Source: Adineta vaga | Taxonomy: Eukaryota > Animalia > Rotifera | Reading direction: 5' to 3' | DNA length: 64,000 nt | Assembly: GCA_021613535.1 (NCBI GenBank) | Contig: CP075496.1 | Coordinates: 930,001 to 994,000, forward strand | Shown here: one piece after another, positions 36,360 through 48,880 of the stretch | Layout: every line of letters begins with the position of its first letter | How positions within the stretch are numbered: position 1 is the stretch's first letter | Notes under the pieces: generated by a model | The model's input: only the letters and a program-made list of their open reading frames with translations | Database searches by the model: none | What the model was told of the DNA's origin: nothing | Made by a program: the position numbers and the translations under genes

Positions 36360-38490
36360 CCATCAGACAATATTCCTCTTCCTCCTATTCTCTATTGATC
36401 AAAGCATAGAATCGACCTAACTCGTTGTCGAATGCCATTGGTTAAATAGCACTTTGTGCAACATGAATAATGCTTTCTTTCTTCTTTTCTTCTTCTCAGA
36501 TGATTTCAACTTTTACTACCTCCACTGATCATAAGCGTTCATTTAAAACTTTTCTACATTGTATTCATGAATCTTGATTTTCAAATTAATTAATTGAGAA
36601 AAGCAAGTGTCAAAATTGGAAACAACTTTTCCGCCGATTCTCCAAGCTTTTTCTTATTTATGCATCCGAAGAAATCAAATAGCTTGATTGAAACTATCTG
36701 TAAATACAATGTTTTTTGCTTTCAATTAAAATATTAAAGCAATTAATTATTTCTTCATTCAAATGAAATTCTCTTTTTATTATTTTATTTGGATTTTATC
36801 TCATTTAAGAGAATGTCACCATATTTCCAGATTTGTTCAAAGTCAATCTACTTTATGTAAGTTTAATAACATTAAAAAGTGGAAACATCATGAAAATAAA
36901 TATGTGACAGAAAAATATACTTAAGAACTTTGTGAGTGTTTGGTCAAAATCAGAATGTTTATTATAGAATACAATGGAAATATAACAAAGAGAAAAAGAC
37001 AAAATGTAACAAAATTTAAAATGAATGTGTTCATAGTTTTTCTACTTCTTTTATCAAATTTGCAGCATGTGCTTTAATTTTTCCTTTTAATTCGTTAACA
37101 TTTAGACCACTATTTGAAAATGTTTTTATATCCTTGTTCACCAATTCACTGAAATCACTAAATATTTCATGAAATGTATTCGCCATGATTTTTCGTTGAT
37201 CCTAAAACATAAACAAATATAAATCCTCAGGTAAGCAACAGAAAAATGAATAAAATATCAGTTAATCAGAGAAGGTAGAGGGATACAAGGGAGATTCATT
37301 GAAACCCAATTTACTCAGCTCTATATTATCCTAATACATGCGCGTCAAAATGCATTTACATATGAGTGAGAGTTGATAACTATTGCTGAGATAGATAAAA
37401 GACATCCCCAAAATGTTTGTATTGATCTATTTTATCTTCAATAGTACAGAGTACTTTCGTTTGCATGTCGAGCGCTTTATAATAGGACGCATGATTGAAG
37501 ATGCAGAAGATTATTACAAGCACATATTTATATATTTCTACTATCAAAAACTATATGTTATATATTCTATTTGTCCGACTGTTTGTAAATACATATAGCC
37601 TTTCTTTTTCAAATTAATACTATGGTGCGATCACATAAGATCTTTTTAGTACCTTTACTTGAAGATGTCTAATCACTGCAGATATGTTAGGTATGAATGC
37701 TTGTTGAGTATATGTTATTGTGAATATATGTATTACAGATCTGAATTAGTCATGTTAAGTGAAACGAAAAATCGAAAATATGAACAAACTTAAACGAGAT
37801 TGATTGATCCTACGATAAATATAGATATTATCACAAAATATTTTAAACATGTAAATTCGCGCAATTTTTGACGAAAACAAATGCATATTATATTATCTTA
37901 AAAATACGTCATGAGCTAATACAAAGTAAATTGTGGAAAGAAATTTTGACTAAAAAAACAATAAGACCTTTGAACCAAAAACAGAAGCTTTTTGCTCTAT
38001 CTAATCGACAAAACGATATTTATTTCCGTTGGTGGATTCTATCCTTACAATTTAGGACTGAATTCTACCATTTATAAAACGGAATCTGTCTCTATGAATT
38101 TCTTGCTGTAAACATTCAACAGAATATTTCATATTCGAAATATTATTCAAAGTCTGTTTATTCTATCACTAATATTTCATCAAACATTTTTCTGAACCAC
38201 TGTAGGTACACAAAACTAAAAGTTCTTACTGATGGTGTTAAAGATGAATCAAGTTCTTCGGCCATGGTATTTTTTAAATACAATCTGTCAATCAATTTAT
38301 GTACTTGTCTCAATGTTTGATAATAAAATCGATTCGTCAATTTGACATTAATATATTTCAATGTAAAATGGGGACCAACTCATGAGCATTGTTATCAACG
38401 CCGTCAGACAATACTATTCCTCTTCCTCCTATTTCCTATTGATCAAAGCATAGAATTGACCTAACTCGTTGTCGAATGCTATTCGTCAAA
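36360..38490. repeat. Inverted copy of 12565-14700
   Basis: Near-identical reverse complement. Confidence 0.95.
37031..38265 (-). CDS. Short 'MAEE' family gene (duplicate of 12792-14024)
   Basis: Exons 38265-38230 and 37201-37031. Confidence 0.55.
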
Positions 38491-38999
38491 TTGCTTGTCA
38501 CTCAGCATTGATAACTCTTTGTGCATTCCTGTCCTCTCATACACTTTGGCCCCAAACAGACTGAAAAAATGTAACACTGAGCTAACCAATTAAATAGCTA
38601 AAATCCTTAACACACATTTAACTCTTCTTTTTAGGCGAGTTAACGATCGTTTAACTTTTAACGCCTCAATGATATCGCTTGATTCATTTGAATGTCAACT
38701 CACTTTTCAGTGTATTTGGGACCTTCAAATTTTACCTCAGTTGATGGTCAACTTCCCTTCATCTTTCTTTCACCTTTTATTCAAGACGCTCCATCAATCT
38801 TATCTTAACTGGCTAAAAATAAGGATGTCAAAAAAATTGAACAGAAATGTTTCGTTAATTTTACATTCTTACTTTCATTCATATTAGAAATGAAACAAAA
38901 AGCTCTTTTGTCATATATATTTACTTGTCAAATAACTTATATATCTCAAAGATTTCTTTCACACGTATACTATTATGATATAAACACAAATGAATTTAC

Positions 39000-39957
39000 T
39001 TGATTAGGAATTGCTACTGTTGTTGTTGTTGATGCTGATGATGATAAGGAAAGATTTTCAAAGAAATCCTCAAATTCATTTGATGTTAAAACATCAGCAG
39101 TTAAGTTGGACGACGCCGATGGTGCAAAAACACTCTGAAAGGAAAGAAAAACTATGCCAGATAAATCATTTTACGAAATGTTTTAAAAAATCTAAGTATT
39201 TCTGTTTAAAGAAAGTAGGAAACAAAAATACGCAAGGAGCTTATTTGGATCCAACAACAAAAACAAAGGTTCAAGTAGAAAAATACAAACGCCTTTGTCT
39301 TCGTTCCAAAATCTTGACTTTAACTGGATAAAATTGCATTTTTTCAAACTAGTCAATAAATCGTACTATCCTCAACTTAATGAAATTTTTAAAACAAAAC
39401 ATACTTTCTTTTCCATGTACCATTTTTCATAATTATTTTTTATGTCATGCCAATCGTTTGAATGAAATGCATATATGTGACTAAACATGACCGTTAGATT
39501 ATCCATAACATCTAATGCCAAAAAAACTTCATTGCAATCCAACGATGGATCGGATGGACATCGATATTTCTCAACATCCGAAGATTTATCCACTAAAAAG
39601 AAACATTCAGTAAGTGAATTCAGTAGCGATGTTTGTTAATAATAATAAACAGTAAATAATAGATAAAAGAAGAGAAAAGGAAGAGTAAAATATCAAAGAA
39701 GAAGAACAGGATAAATAGATGGTGCGTTGCTATAATGGCACTTTATGTACCTTATACAGGTGTGTATAGCGTACAGAAAAGAAAGAAGAACATAGTACAT
39801 TACGTCATACATTAGGTTATTTTTCAGACAATTAAATTATGAGATTTAGAATTCATTTTCTCTTAGTAAATTGCAAAAATATAAAATCCATAGGTAAGTG
39901 TTTAGACGATAATTCTTTTATACATTTATTCACCACGGCATCAATCAATCTTGCCAT
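39000..39957 (-). pseudogene. Unknown finger-family member, exon-1 donor mutated (probable pseudogene)
   Basis: Exon 1 MARLIDAVV... ends CTAAG rather than GTAAG; exon 2 YRCPSDPSLDCNEVF...FSHIYAFHSNDW; exon 3 ...VLTSNEFEDF...TTTT. Confidence 0.65.
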
Positions 39958-40520
39958 GTATTTTCAACGACTAAACATAAATAACTTAAAATGAAACGTG
40001 TCTACATTATTTTATCTTACATTTCTTAAACACGAGCAAAGAATCAAAGACAGTAATACTAGTTGGTATTGATCTAAAAGAACATTTCTATTTTATACTG
40101 AGTGAATATTGATCGATATCAATGGAACATGAGAATAGTATCATTTGTTGAAAAAAGGAAATCAACTGGATGAATTTAACTTGAATGTCCAATAGATGTA
40201 CAGACATACATATCGATAAGTATACGTGTGAAATGAACACAGAAAAAGAAACATAGAAAATTAAAAATATATTGAATCGTGCTTGAACTAAGACATCTTT
40301 CGTCCCAATAGGACCGAGTTGCTTAAATCCATGATTACAAATCGTGTAAAAAATTCTATATTAATTTCAACTGAAACATCACAAAATATAATTGATGAAC
40401 ATGATATCAAAACGTATTCCTAGTTTTATGATGAAAACGTCTGCAGAATTCCTAATTGTTATTTATGTAGGATCATTGCGTGTAGTAATGAATGAAATTT
40501 CTCCAAATATTACCGAATCA

Positions 40521-40589
40521 AAAAATAATTGGGATGTAAGACCATTCTTTAATCGTTATCAAAGTTGGACTCGTTTACCGTTTTATTAA
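40521..40589 (+). pseudogene. NDUFA10 C-terminal fragment
   Basis: KNNWDVRPFFNRYQSWTRLPFY*. Confidence 0.8.
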
Positions 40590-40724
40590 TCCAATATCCT
40601 TCAATTAAAAAAAGACTCGATTCTTTTCTTCTTTTTCTTTTCATCGTGTATTTATCTGTTACGAAGATCAGTTTAGTTCTTTGTTTCTTCTTTTTTTTAG
40701 ATAATTTCTTATTTGATAACTAAA

Positions 40725-41178
40725 ATGGCTGATCGAAATGCACAAATTCGAGCATCGCTAAATGCCAAATTAATCGAAAGTGGTGAAAGAGAACGGTAAT
40801 AGATTTACTCGTTCAATTTTTGATTTGAATTTGTTTTCTATCAATAGAATGAAACAATTATTAAGACAAAGATTGATGGAATATGGATGGAGAGATCAAA
40901 TGAAAGCTTATTGTAAAGGTAAGAAATAAAGTACAATTCGATATGATATAATTTCTGTTTCTTTAGATATTGTTAAACAAAAAGGTCTCGAAAATATTAC
41001 AGTTGATGAACTTGTTCAAGAAATAACGCCAAAAGGCCGTAGTAAGTATTTCTTCTACTTTCACATTCATATCGAATTATGTTTCATATATATACATTTA
41101 GCACTTGTTCCTGATTCAATCAAAAAAGAAATGTTGACTGTTCTTCGTCAATATTTATCAAAACATGAAGAACTCTAA
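40725..41178 (+). CDS. ENY2: ENY2 (Sus1), copy 3
   Basis: Four exons, intact frame. Confidence 0.92.
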
Positions 41179-41303
41179 ATGGATGATAATTATTCCTTTT
41201 CTGTCTTTCTGTAAATGTTGTGTTTGTTCTTTATAAAATAAATAATAAAGAAAAAAAGGATTCTTATATAGATAATGGAAGAAATATGAAAGTTATTTCA
41301 GAT

Positions 41304-41680
41304 ATGAATAGTAATACAAATATAGGTCAAGATACAGAAATCTTTTCAGAGAATTTTGTATCTGCTGGTCGATATCGAGGTGGTCCTCATGGTGTTGGTT
41401 AGATGAATTTTAATTTGATGAATACTTCTTTTTCTAACTCATTATTGTCTAGGTGATCCAAGTGACAAAAGTTTACGGAAAGTTGAAATAGAAGTCTGTA
41501 TACCTGGTATCATTCGACAACGAGTTCATCGAGACAAATGTCATGATCTGATCAATGATGAGTTTAATCAATATGAACAAGAGAAGTTCTGCATGATTTT
41601 ATATGTATATAGAATCTGATAAGTGTGGTGAACAACATGGTGCATGGTCGTTTCTCAAATGTTGAGAAGAAGTCAAAGCA
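41304..41680 (+). pseudogene. CMC1: CMC1 pseudogene
   Basis: Intron-2 donor GT>AT, CGA>TGA stop at 41663-41665, truncated before exon 4. Confidence 0.88.
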
Positions 41681-43299
41681 TTATATAATAGAAACAAATG
41701 CATACGATTGATTTGTCTGCTAGAATAAATTGAATAGATTCTTTTTCGCAAAGCTTGGTAGAAAATTGTAGAAAATCATTTATTTATAATATAACTTTTT
41801 TTATTAATCGAACCACAATGTTATGATATGATGCGCATATGGTCATCGTTGTTCGTTCATATGTAGATGCATAAAAATAAATAGGTATATTATTTGCTCA
41901 TTTACTGAATCTCGTTTCATTTCTTGTTGCCATTTACTATGGAATCAACTGTTGATAATAATACTAATACAACCTCATCAAAAGATAACAGATGTAATTT
42001 TTTTTTGGTTTTTCTTGTTCATAATGAAGACAACAATTATTGTAGAGGTGGTCATTATAATTCACTATGAAAAATGATGGGTGCTGTTGATAATGACACA
42101 ATCAAGGGCATGGCTGATAAAGCTTATAAACCATTAGAAGAAAATGTGAAAAGTGAGACATTTGTTCCATTTGATAAAGATAATATCGAAAAGACTCGGT
42201 CGTATTTGATCTCATTTGGTACTATTATATTATATACATACTTTTTTTTAGAGTACGGAATGAACAACAATCGTAAAAAAATGCCTAACAATATACACTG
42301 ATTACAAATCGATTTCTTGATTGAAGGAACTTCTCGATAACTATAAATAAATTCTTACTTGTTTTCTATTTTTCTCGTTGAATAGATTTTGTCAACATGT
42401 GTTTTTATATAATGTCTTGATTTTAACGAACATTTATCATCATACAGTACATTGAAATAAAATTCTATTATAGATTTTCAAATGATCAAAAATCGAAAAC
42501 GATCTAGTGAACCAATTCAATTATTCTACTTTGATATTAGATAATATCGTTTCCTTAATCGACTTTTTTTTTCTAAGCAAAATAAAAATTTTGTTCAACG
42601 AATGAGAAAAGATATTTGACATAGTTATCGATAAATTATCAGATTAACAAATCTTTTTTCAAGGCTTTCTATGATTTAATTATATCAATCTGTTTAAGAT
42701 TTCCATGATTTTTTTTCTGTAATATACGAAGAAAATGTTTGAATGTTCGTTACAAGAAAGTATTTTATTATAAAATAAAGTAAAGCGAGATAAGAATATT
42801 AATAGATTGTTACCTTGATCTTCCAAGTAAATAAAAACTCGTCATTTTTGTTTCATTCTTTTTTATATAAGAGAAAAACATTTTGTTCTATAGATCATAC
42901 TCTTATCTAATCTTCTATATTACGAATTGTTTTAATCAGAACAAAGAATAATAAATCGATCAAGTTTTTTCTTTCTTTCTTTACATAAATCCTGTAGATG
43001 TCGTTGTCTGACAGCATATTCTTATCCTAACCTCTAATTTAATCCAGTAAATAAGATGGCGTCTTCTTTTTACTTCAATACGGTTGTTCCCTATGGCGCT
43101 TTCGTTCGCGTTCGCGCGTCCCGTGATCATTATCGTTCTTCTACTTTTTTTCTCTTTCTTATTTTTTTCCTTCTCTTCATAGTTTCTTCTGTCGACGTTG
43201 ATGTCAAACCACTGTAGAGAGGCAAAAAAACTCGGCGCTTTCTTTTTTTTTTTGTTATGTGGCTACGTACATTCACAAAGAGCAAACAGAAAAAGCGGG

Positions 43300-43355
43300 A
43301 GAAAGAGAGAGAGCGAGAGAGCGAGAGAGAGAGAGGGAAAAAGCGTCTATAAAAA
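43300..43355 (+). promoter_or_regulatory. GA-repeat plus TATA box, likely cyclin I promoter
   Basis: (GA)n tract followed by TATAAAAA at 43348-43355, CpG-richer DNA upstream, 550 bp before the CCNI ATG. Confidence 0.5.
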
Positions 43356-43897
43356 TGAGTGTCTGCTAACTATACATCGACGACCATGATAGACAGCAGT
43401 AGATCGACAACAACAACAAACGAACTAAATTTTTCCTTTTTCTTTTTCAGTATAAATTCCAACATCAACAGACCACGAATACTCAAGTTGTGTAACATCG
43501 TCATGTTGGTCTAATTTCCCTCCTATTTTAATCAATCATCGAGCAACTGCTAACAAAGCAGACTCTTCTAATTAATTCCCGTGTTTTTTTATACTTCTTT
43601 ATAATTTTCATTTATTATTATCATCATTATGTCCAGAACAATGTGGCACATTTATCAATACTATGCAGATAACATTACTTTAAACCAAAAGTGAATGTCC
43701 AATAAACCAAAGTCGACAAATAATAAGAATAAGTATTTGTCAGTTGGTCGGCAAAGGCAATAGTGGCCAAAAACAACAACAGGTTTGTTATTACATGAAA
43801 ACTATCTATTCATTACATCATCTGGTATTTCAACAATAGGTATTAAGAATCAGTGGTTATCAACAAATCTCTTTGTATAAATTTCCAAAAAAACACA

Positions 43898-45524
43898 ATG
43901 GTTGCCGTCGTTGTGGGTCTTCGTACAGGTGGACAAACAATAAACTCTTTAACATCATTCTTAGAAAGATTATGCGAGAAAGAACAACGAACATGGAAAG
44001 AACGAATCTTCAATCAGATGAGATTAGTAAGTTTTTATCTTTTGTCATATAAAAACATCTGATTTGAAAGGACGAAGAAAAACATATTTTTTGTTTTTAT
44101 GTTGTTTTTTTTTCTCTTCTTCGATCTATTTTTGTCTCCTATATGTAGTATAACACTCTCTTCTTGTTGACAATTATCATGCTGATCAAAAGGCCAACAT
44201 AACTTTTTTTCAGAAGAACCGAGCGAAACAAATATAGATAAGAATAGTTAATACTCTATTTACATCTGGTAGAGAAGAGACACAACTGTTTGGAGAGATA
44301 AATAAACATTCTTCCTTTCTTCCTTTCGATATAATCGCTATTCATCAATCTTTTTCTTTCGAGGCTGATCGTGATTGATATCTTTTTCTTTCTTTCTCTT
44401 CTGTCCTAGATGACATAGGGATCTATGAAAAACAAATTTACTCTTAGGTTAAACATATGCAAAGTTTTATGACATTGTTAATATCGATTTGAATTAATGT
44501 TGATTTTCATATTAATATTTGATCAATTTTTAAGGACGAAGTGAATAGTTCTCAACGCAATCATGCATCCTTATGGCTTCGTAAAGTGGCCGTATCAATG
44601 CATTTTGGTATTGATACATATGCACTTAGTGTTGATTTACTCGATCGATTCTTGGCTACACTTAAAGTAATTCTTGAAGAAAAAAATTTCGATAGAGAAA
44701 AACATAAATTTTTATCGTTTAGGTTCGTCCGAAATTCTTGGAATGTTTGGCAGTCGGTTGTTTATATATAGCAGCGAAATGTAAAGAAGAAGATGATACA
44801 ATTCCTATCACACCTGAATTTGTTATTGATTGTAATGCAAGTTGTTCAGCAAATGAACTTCTTCGTATGGAACGATTAATATTAGAAAAATTCAATTGGT
44901 TTGCTGACTTTGTAACATCAGTCGATTTTCTGCAAATAGTAAGTTAAATATCTGCATAGTTTCAAATGATTATCGTATTACTATGCTATTGTTATTGTTT
45001 AGTATTTTACATTGTTATTATTAAAAACCGGAAATCAACATGAAGGAGAAGAAAATGCAAACGTTCTAGTGGATAAATATACGGATTTAGAATTAAAATT
45101 AGCTTCATGTTTACAACATCATCGTTTAGCATCATTTAAACCAAGTATTTTAGCATTAGCTTTGATTAGTTTAGAATTAGAAAAACAACAAGTACAAGAA
45201 CCTGAAATGAATATTGATTGGCTTGCTTTGATTAGTTATTTACAACAATTAGCTAAAGTAAAGATTTTAAATTAAGAACAAAACATCACACATATTTTTC
45301 TTTATTTGTTATTCAAGGTTGAAAGTGATGCGTTATTATCATGTCGAGATTTAATCGTTCGTCTATCACCATCCTACAAGGTTGTTCGATTAGAATTAGC
45401 TGATCTTGCTTTTATTTCCCGTGCTTATAATCCTTCAAGTTCATTGAAACCATTGATTACTTTACCTGGTCGACCAACCTATGCCGATGTTGTTTGTGGT
45501 CGTGTTGCCTCTGCTGTCCAATAA
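43898..45524 (+). CDS. CCNI: Cyclin I (cyclin G/I family), 5 exons
   Basis: SQR....WL, LSVDLLDRFLATLKVRPKFLECLAVGCLYIAAKCKEED, CSANELLRMERLILEKFNW, FKPSILALALISLELE, DWL.L...LQ. Confidence 0.85.
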
Positions 45525-45552
45525 GTGTGTGTGCGCGCGTGTGTGTGTGTGT
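45525..45552. repeat. (GT)n/(GC)n alternating microsatellite
   Basis: gtgtgtgtgcgcgcgtgtgtgtgtgtgt directly after the CCNI stop codon. Confidence 0.9.
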
Positions 45553-47560
45553 CCCTTTTACTTTCTTTTCAAAAATAGTTTCATGTGAGCATTGAGAACA
45601 AACAGGATAACAATGTAGATGGTTAAGTCAAAAAAGAATCAACATTTTACTTCTTTCTCTCTTTTCTTCTACTAATTATTTTTTTGCTTAAACCACACTT
45701 GACGTCGTATGTCTGATATTATCATGTATGTACACATATATATAAATCTATTCTCCATTTAATTTGATCTCTATCTCATTTTTTTTTCTTCTTCATATCG
45801 TTGCTGAGAGAAGACAAAACAGCTTGTAAATTTAGCAAAAACAGAACATATAGAGAATGCATTCCATCGTGTATCGATCAGCAAGTAAGTGACGTAATCA
45901 TGTTTGTTCTTTTACAAAACAAAACTACCGTGGAGAATGGATTTAATTCATTTATCTCTATTTTGTCTTATATATAGAAATATAAATCTTTATTTTTCTC
46001 TTATCCTTTCCTTTGCGTGTTCACTCCATGTATAAAAATGAGTTCAATGTATTTATTATCCCTTTTTGTGCTTCTATCATGTAAATAGAGAAGATCTCAT
46101 TATAACATAAATGTTTATCTTTCCTTTATTCTTTAATTTCTATTTTATTGTAATATTTATCATTAGAATTCTCTTTTTCTTTCGAATTGCTATTCAATCC
46201 TCTACTGTACAAAAAAAAAGATATAAATATATGTATAGATAAACAAAAATAATCGAATCGTTGTACCTAGATATAAAACCTCGATCGAAATAGAATGTAA
46301 TAAAACAATGAAATGTCATTGACTGTGATCATCGGTATATATGAAGAGAGAAAAGAAAACAAGGTTAATTTCAATTTCCAAGGTAATAAACGTAAAGAAC
46401 GATGAATACGGGAAAGAAAAACAAGAAAGAAAGTCAATAGTATTACATTAACATATAAAAAAATTGAAATTGAAACCATCTATCACTGAAATAACACATG
46501 TCAAATTTATCGCATACTCGTTATAATCAATACTTGTAATTTAATACGATGTTCAGGGACAAATAGTATGAGCATTTGATATATATTATATTTGAAGACT
46601 GTGACTATGAAAATGAGGAGAAAAAAAAGAAAAAAAATGGACGGTAATTATATATTTTTGAAAGGAAAAGGTGACGTTAGTAAAACATTTGCTATAGATT
46701 GGTTTTACGTTAATTAAAATCATGTTTTCCTCGATTGATTTCATTCATATGATGATGTGTTAATTATGATATTTGATCTTTGTGTATTGAGAAGAGAACC
46801 AAATAGAATAATCTTGTTGCTAAGACGCTGTTTGAATTGTTTATTAGATCCATTAGAATAAAGATTCTATTTCTGTCAGTATTTATTAAGAAATAATATG
46901 AAGATGAATAAATGCATGAAAGCAGAAGAAAATTCAATGTCATGAAATAATAACAAGCTTGTCACGCTATCGATTTAACGTCATGTTCAAGAGCACTTAA
47001 AATCGTTAGTAAAACTAATGATATCAAGGGTCTATCTTCAGCATTAACATCATTATCAAAGTATTCTTCTTCTTCTTCTTTTTTTAATAATTATTTCTAT
47101 TTTATCTTCAATAGTTGGGTTTTTATTGTCTATTTGAAACACGTGGAAAAGAAAATACATGATAACTGTAATGACATGTTTTATCTCAAAGTAACCTTGA
47201 ATAATAATAATAATAACTTGCCAGCTGATAATAAGTTAGGATAGAATGGTGGTTGGCCTAGAGGTCAACTTTCTACAACGCTTTTTATTTGCAATCAGCT
47301 GTGTATATTTATCTTTCTCGGTTTTTCTTTACCTAGAACATACCATCAAACGAATTCTTATCTTCTATCTATGTTAAATACCTACATTCATACTACTAAT
47401 GATATAAAATGAACAAATGAGTATGTATTTTCCGATTAATCTATGATATACACGATTGAAATCAAGTGACATCTTTCTTTTATGGTTAATCATTTCCAAT
47501 CTATTTATTTCCATTGTTTTAATTCGTATTTCAAAAGTTGTTAAACTCTAATTTTAAGAA

Positions 47561-48067
47561 ATGCTTTCGACTCTTTTTTCGTGTCGATCTGTTTCATCAA
47601 ATCAATTATGTTTTTTATTAACATCTGTTCTTCGTTCTACAATAACAAGTACAACAAACAAGAAATCTGATGAAGATGCAGAACATAAAAATCGTTTATC
47701 AATAACAAAAAAAATGCGTCTATTAGGTTTACAAAGTCATCAAGCCCGTAAAGCATTATCTATCTATGATGATTATGTTCATCGACAGAAGAAATTACCT
47801 GATTTACGTATGTTTGCAGTTGCAATTAATTGTGCGATGATTGCTGAAGATTTATCGAAAGGTCGTGAAATTCATCAATTTATTGAAAGTGATTTTCCAC
47901 ATTTAAAAGATAATTTAATGTTAAAACAACAACTACGTTATTTTTACATAAAATGTAACGATCAACAATCAGCTGATAAACTTTTTCAACCATCATCAAC
48001 AGAAACACAACGAGATAAGAAATATTCATCTTCTAATTCTGATCAATTAGATAAAAGAAAAGAATAA
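47561..48067 (+). CDS. Short pentatricopeptide-repeat protein (plant PLS-like motifs), likely mitochondrial
   Basis: ALSIYDDY...KLPDLRMFAVAINCAMIAEDLSKGREIHQFI...NLMLKQQLRYFYIKCNDQQSADKLF matches P-L-S consensus (PD..TF..+L.AC.....L..G+.IH ... L+..Y.KCG....A..+F). N-terminus is Ser/Arg-rich and free of acidic residues. Confidence 0.75.
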   Translation: MLSTLFSCRSVSSNQLCFLLTSVLRSTITSTTNKKSDEDAEHKNRLSITKKMRLLGLQSHQARKALSIYDDYVHRQKKLPDLRMFAVAINCAMIAEDLSKGREIHQFIESDFPHLKDNLMLKQQLRYFYIKCNDQQSADKLFQPSSTETQRDKKYSSSNSDQLDKRKE

Positions 48068-48880
48068 TAGATACTAAATATAGGTTTTGTTAAATAAATA
48101 AAGAATGTGGCCATCTAGTCTATATTATGTTTTATTTTATTTTTATCTAACCATTATTTGATGAGAAACATAAGAATGAGTCATCAGTTCGAGCAGTATA
48201 AACTCATATGAAAAAGTGGTTTTTCTTCAATATTATTAATATTTATACAAGGTGTTTTTTAACCAATCATCATATTACTTAGTGAGAAATTTCGAGGACT
48301 ATATTCGAAAAGGTAAAAAAGCAGATGATATCAATTAAATACAATCACTTGCTTTTCAGTGACAATGTACACAAAAATAAAAAATAATAATTTCGCATAG
48401 CTCTACAAATTTGAACGATTATTTTTCGAATGTAAATATATTAAAGAAGTTTACAATGTTATGAATAACACAATTGTAATGTTTAACATTTCAACTTAAG
48501 AGTAATTTTGTTGATTCAATCTAGTCCAGACTTTGCTTGTTTGAATATCAATTTGTTGAAGAATATAACACGTTTTTTTCTATCTCACATTCTTTATGAA
48601 ACCAAAATGTAATATTGCTGTGTTTAGAATGTATATATTTGTGTGGGATATGTGATGGTTGGAAGTGAAGACATACCTTCGACTACATTCTGGTCATCAC
48701 CCATATCCTCAAGATCGGTAAGAAGAAAAAGAGATAATATCATAAAGAGATCACGATACGAAAAAAATAGAGAAAAGTAAAAAATAATAAAAACGAAAGA
48801 AAACCATACAACAATGCTATTATATCATACAATGTGAAGTCAGACATAGTTCTTATGTTGACTTACGATGGTCTTTAGTT

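Noticed and set aside
41939-42301. Small spliced gene candidate (MESTVDNN.../MMGAVDNDTIKG...)
   Set aside because: In-frame TGA in the likely spliced frame and no recognisable family; left uncalled.
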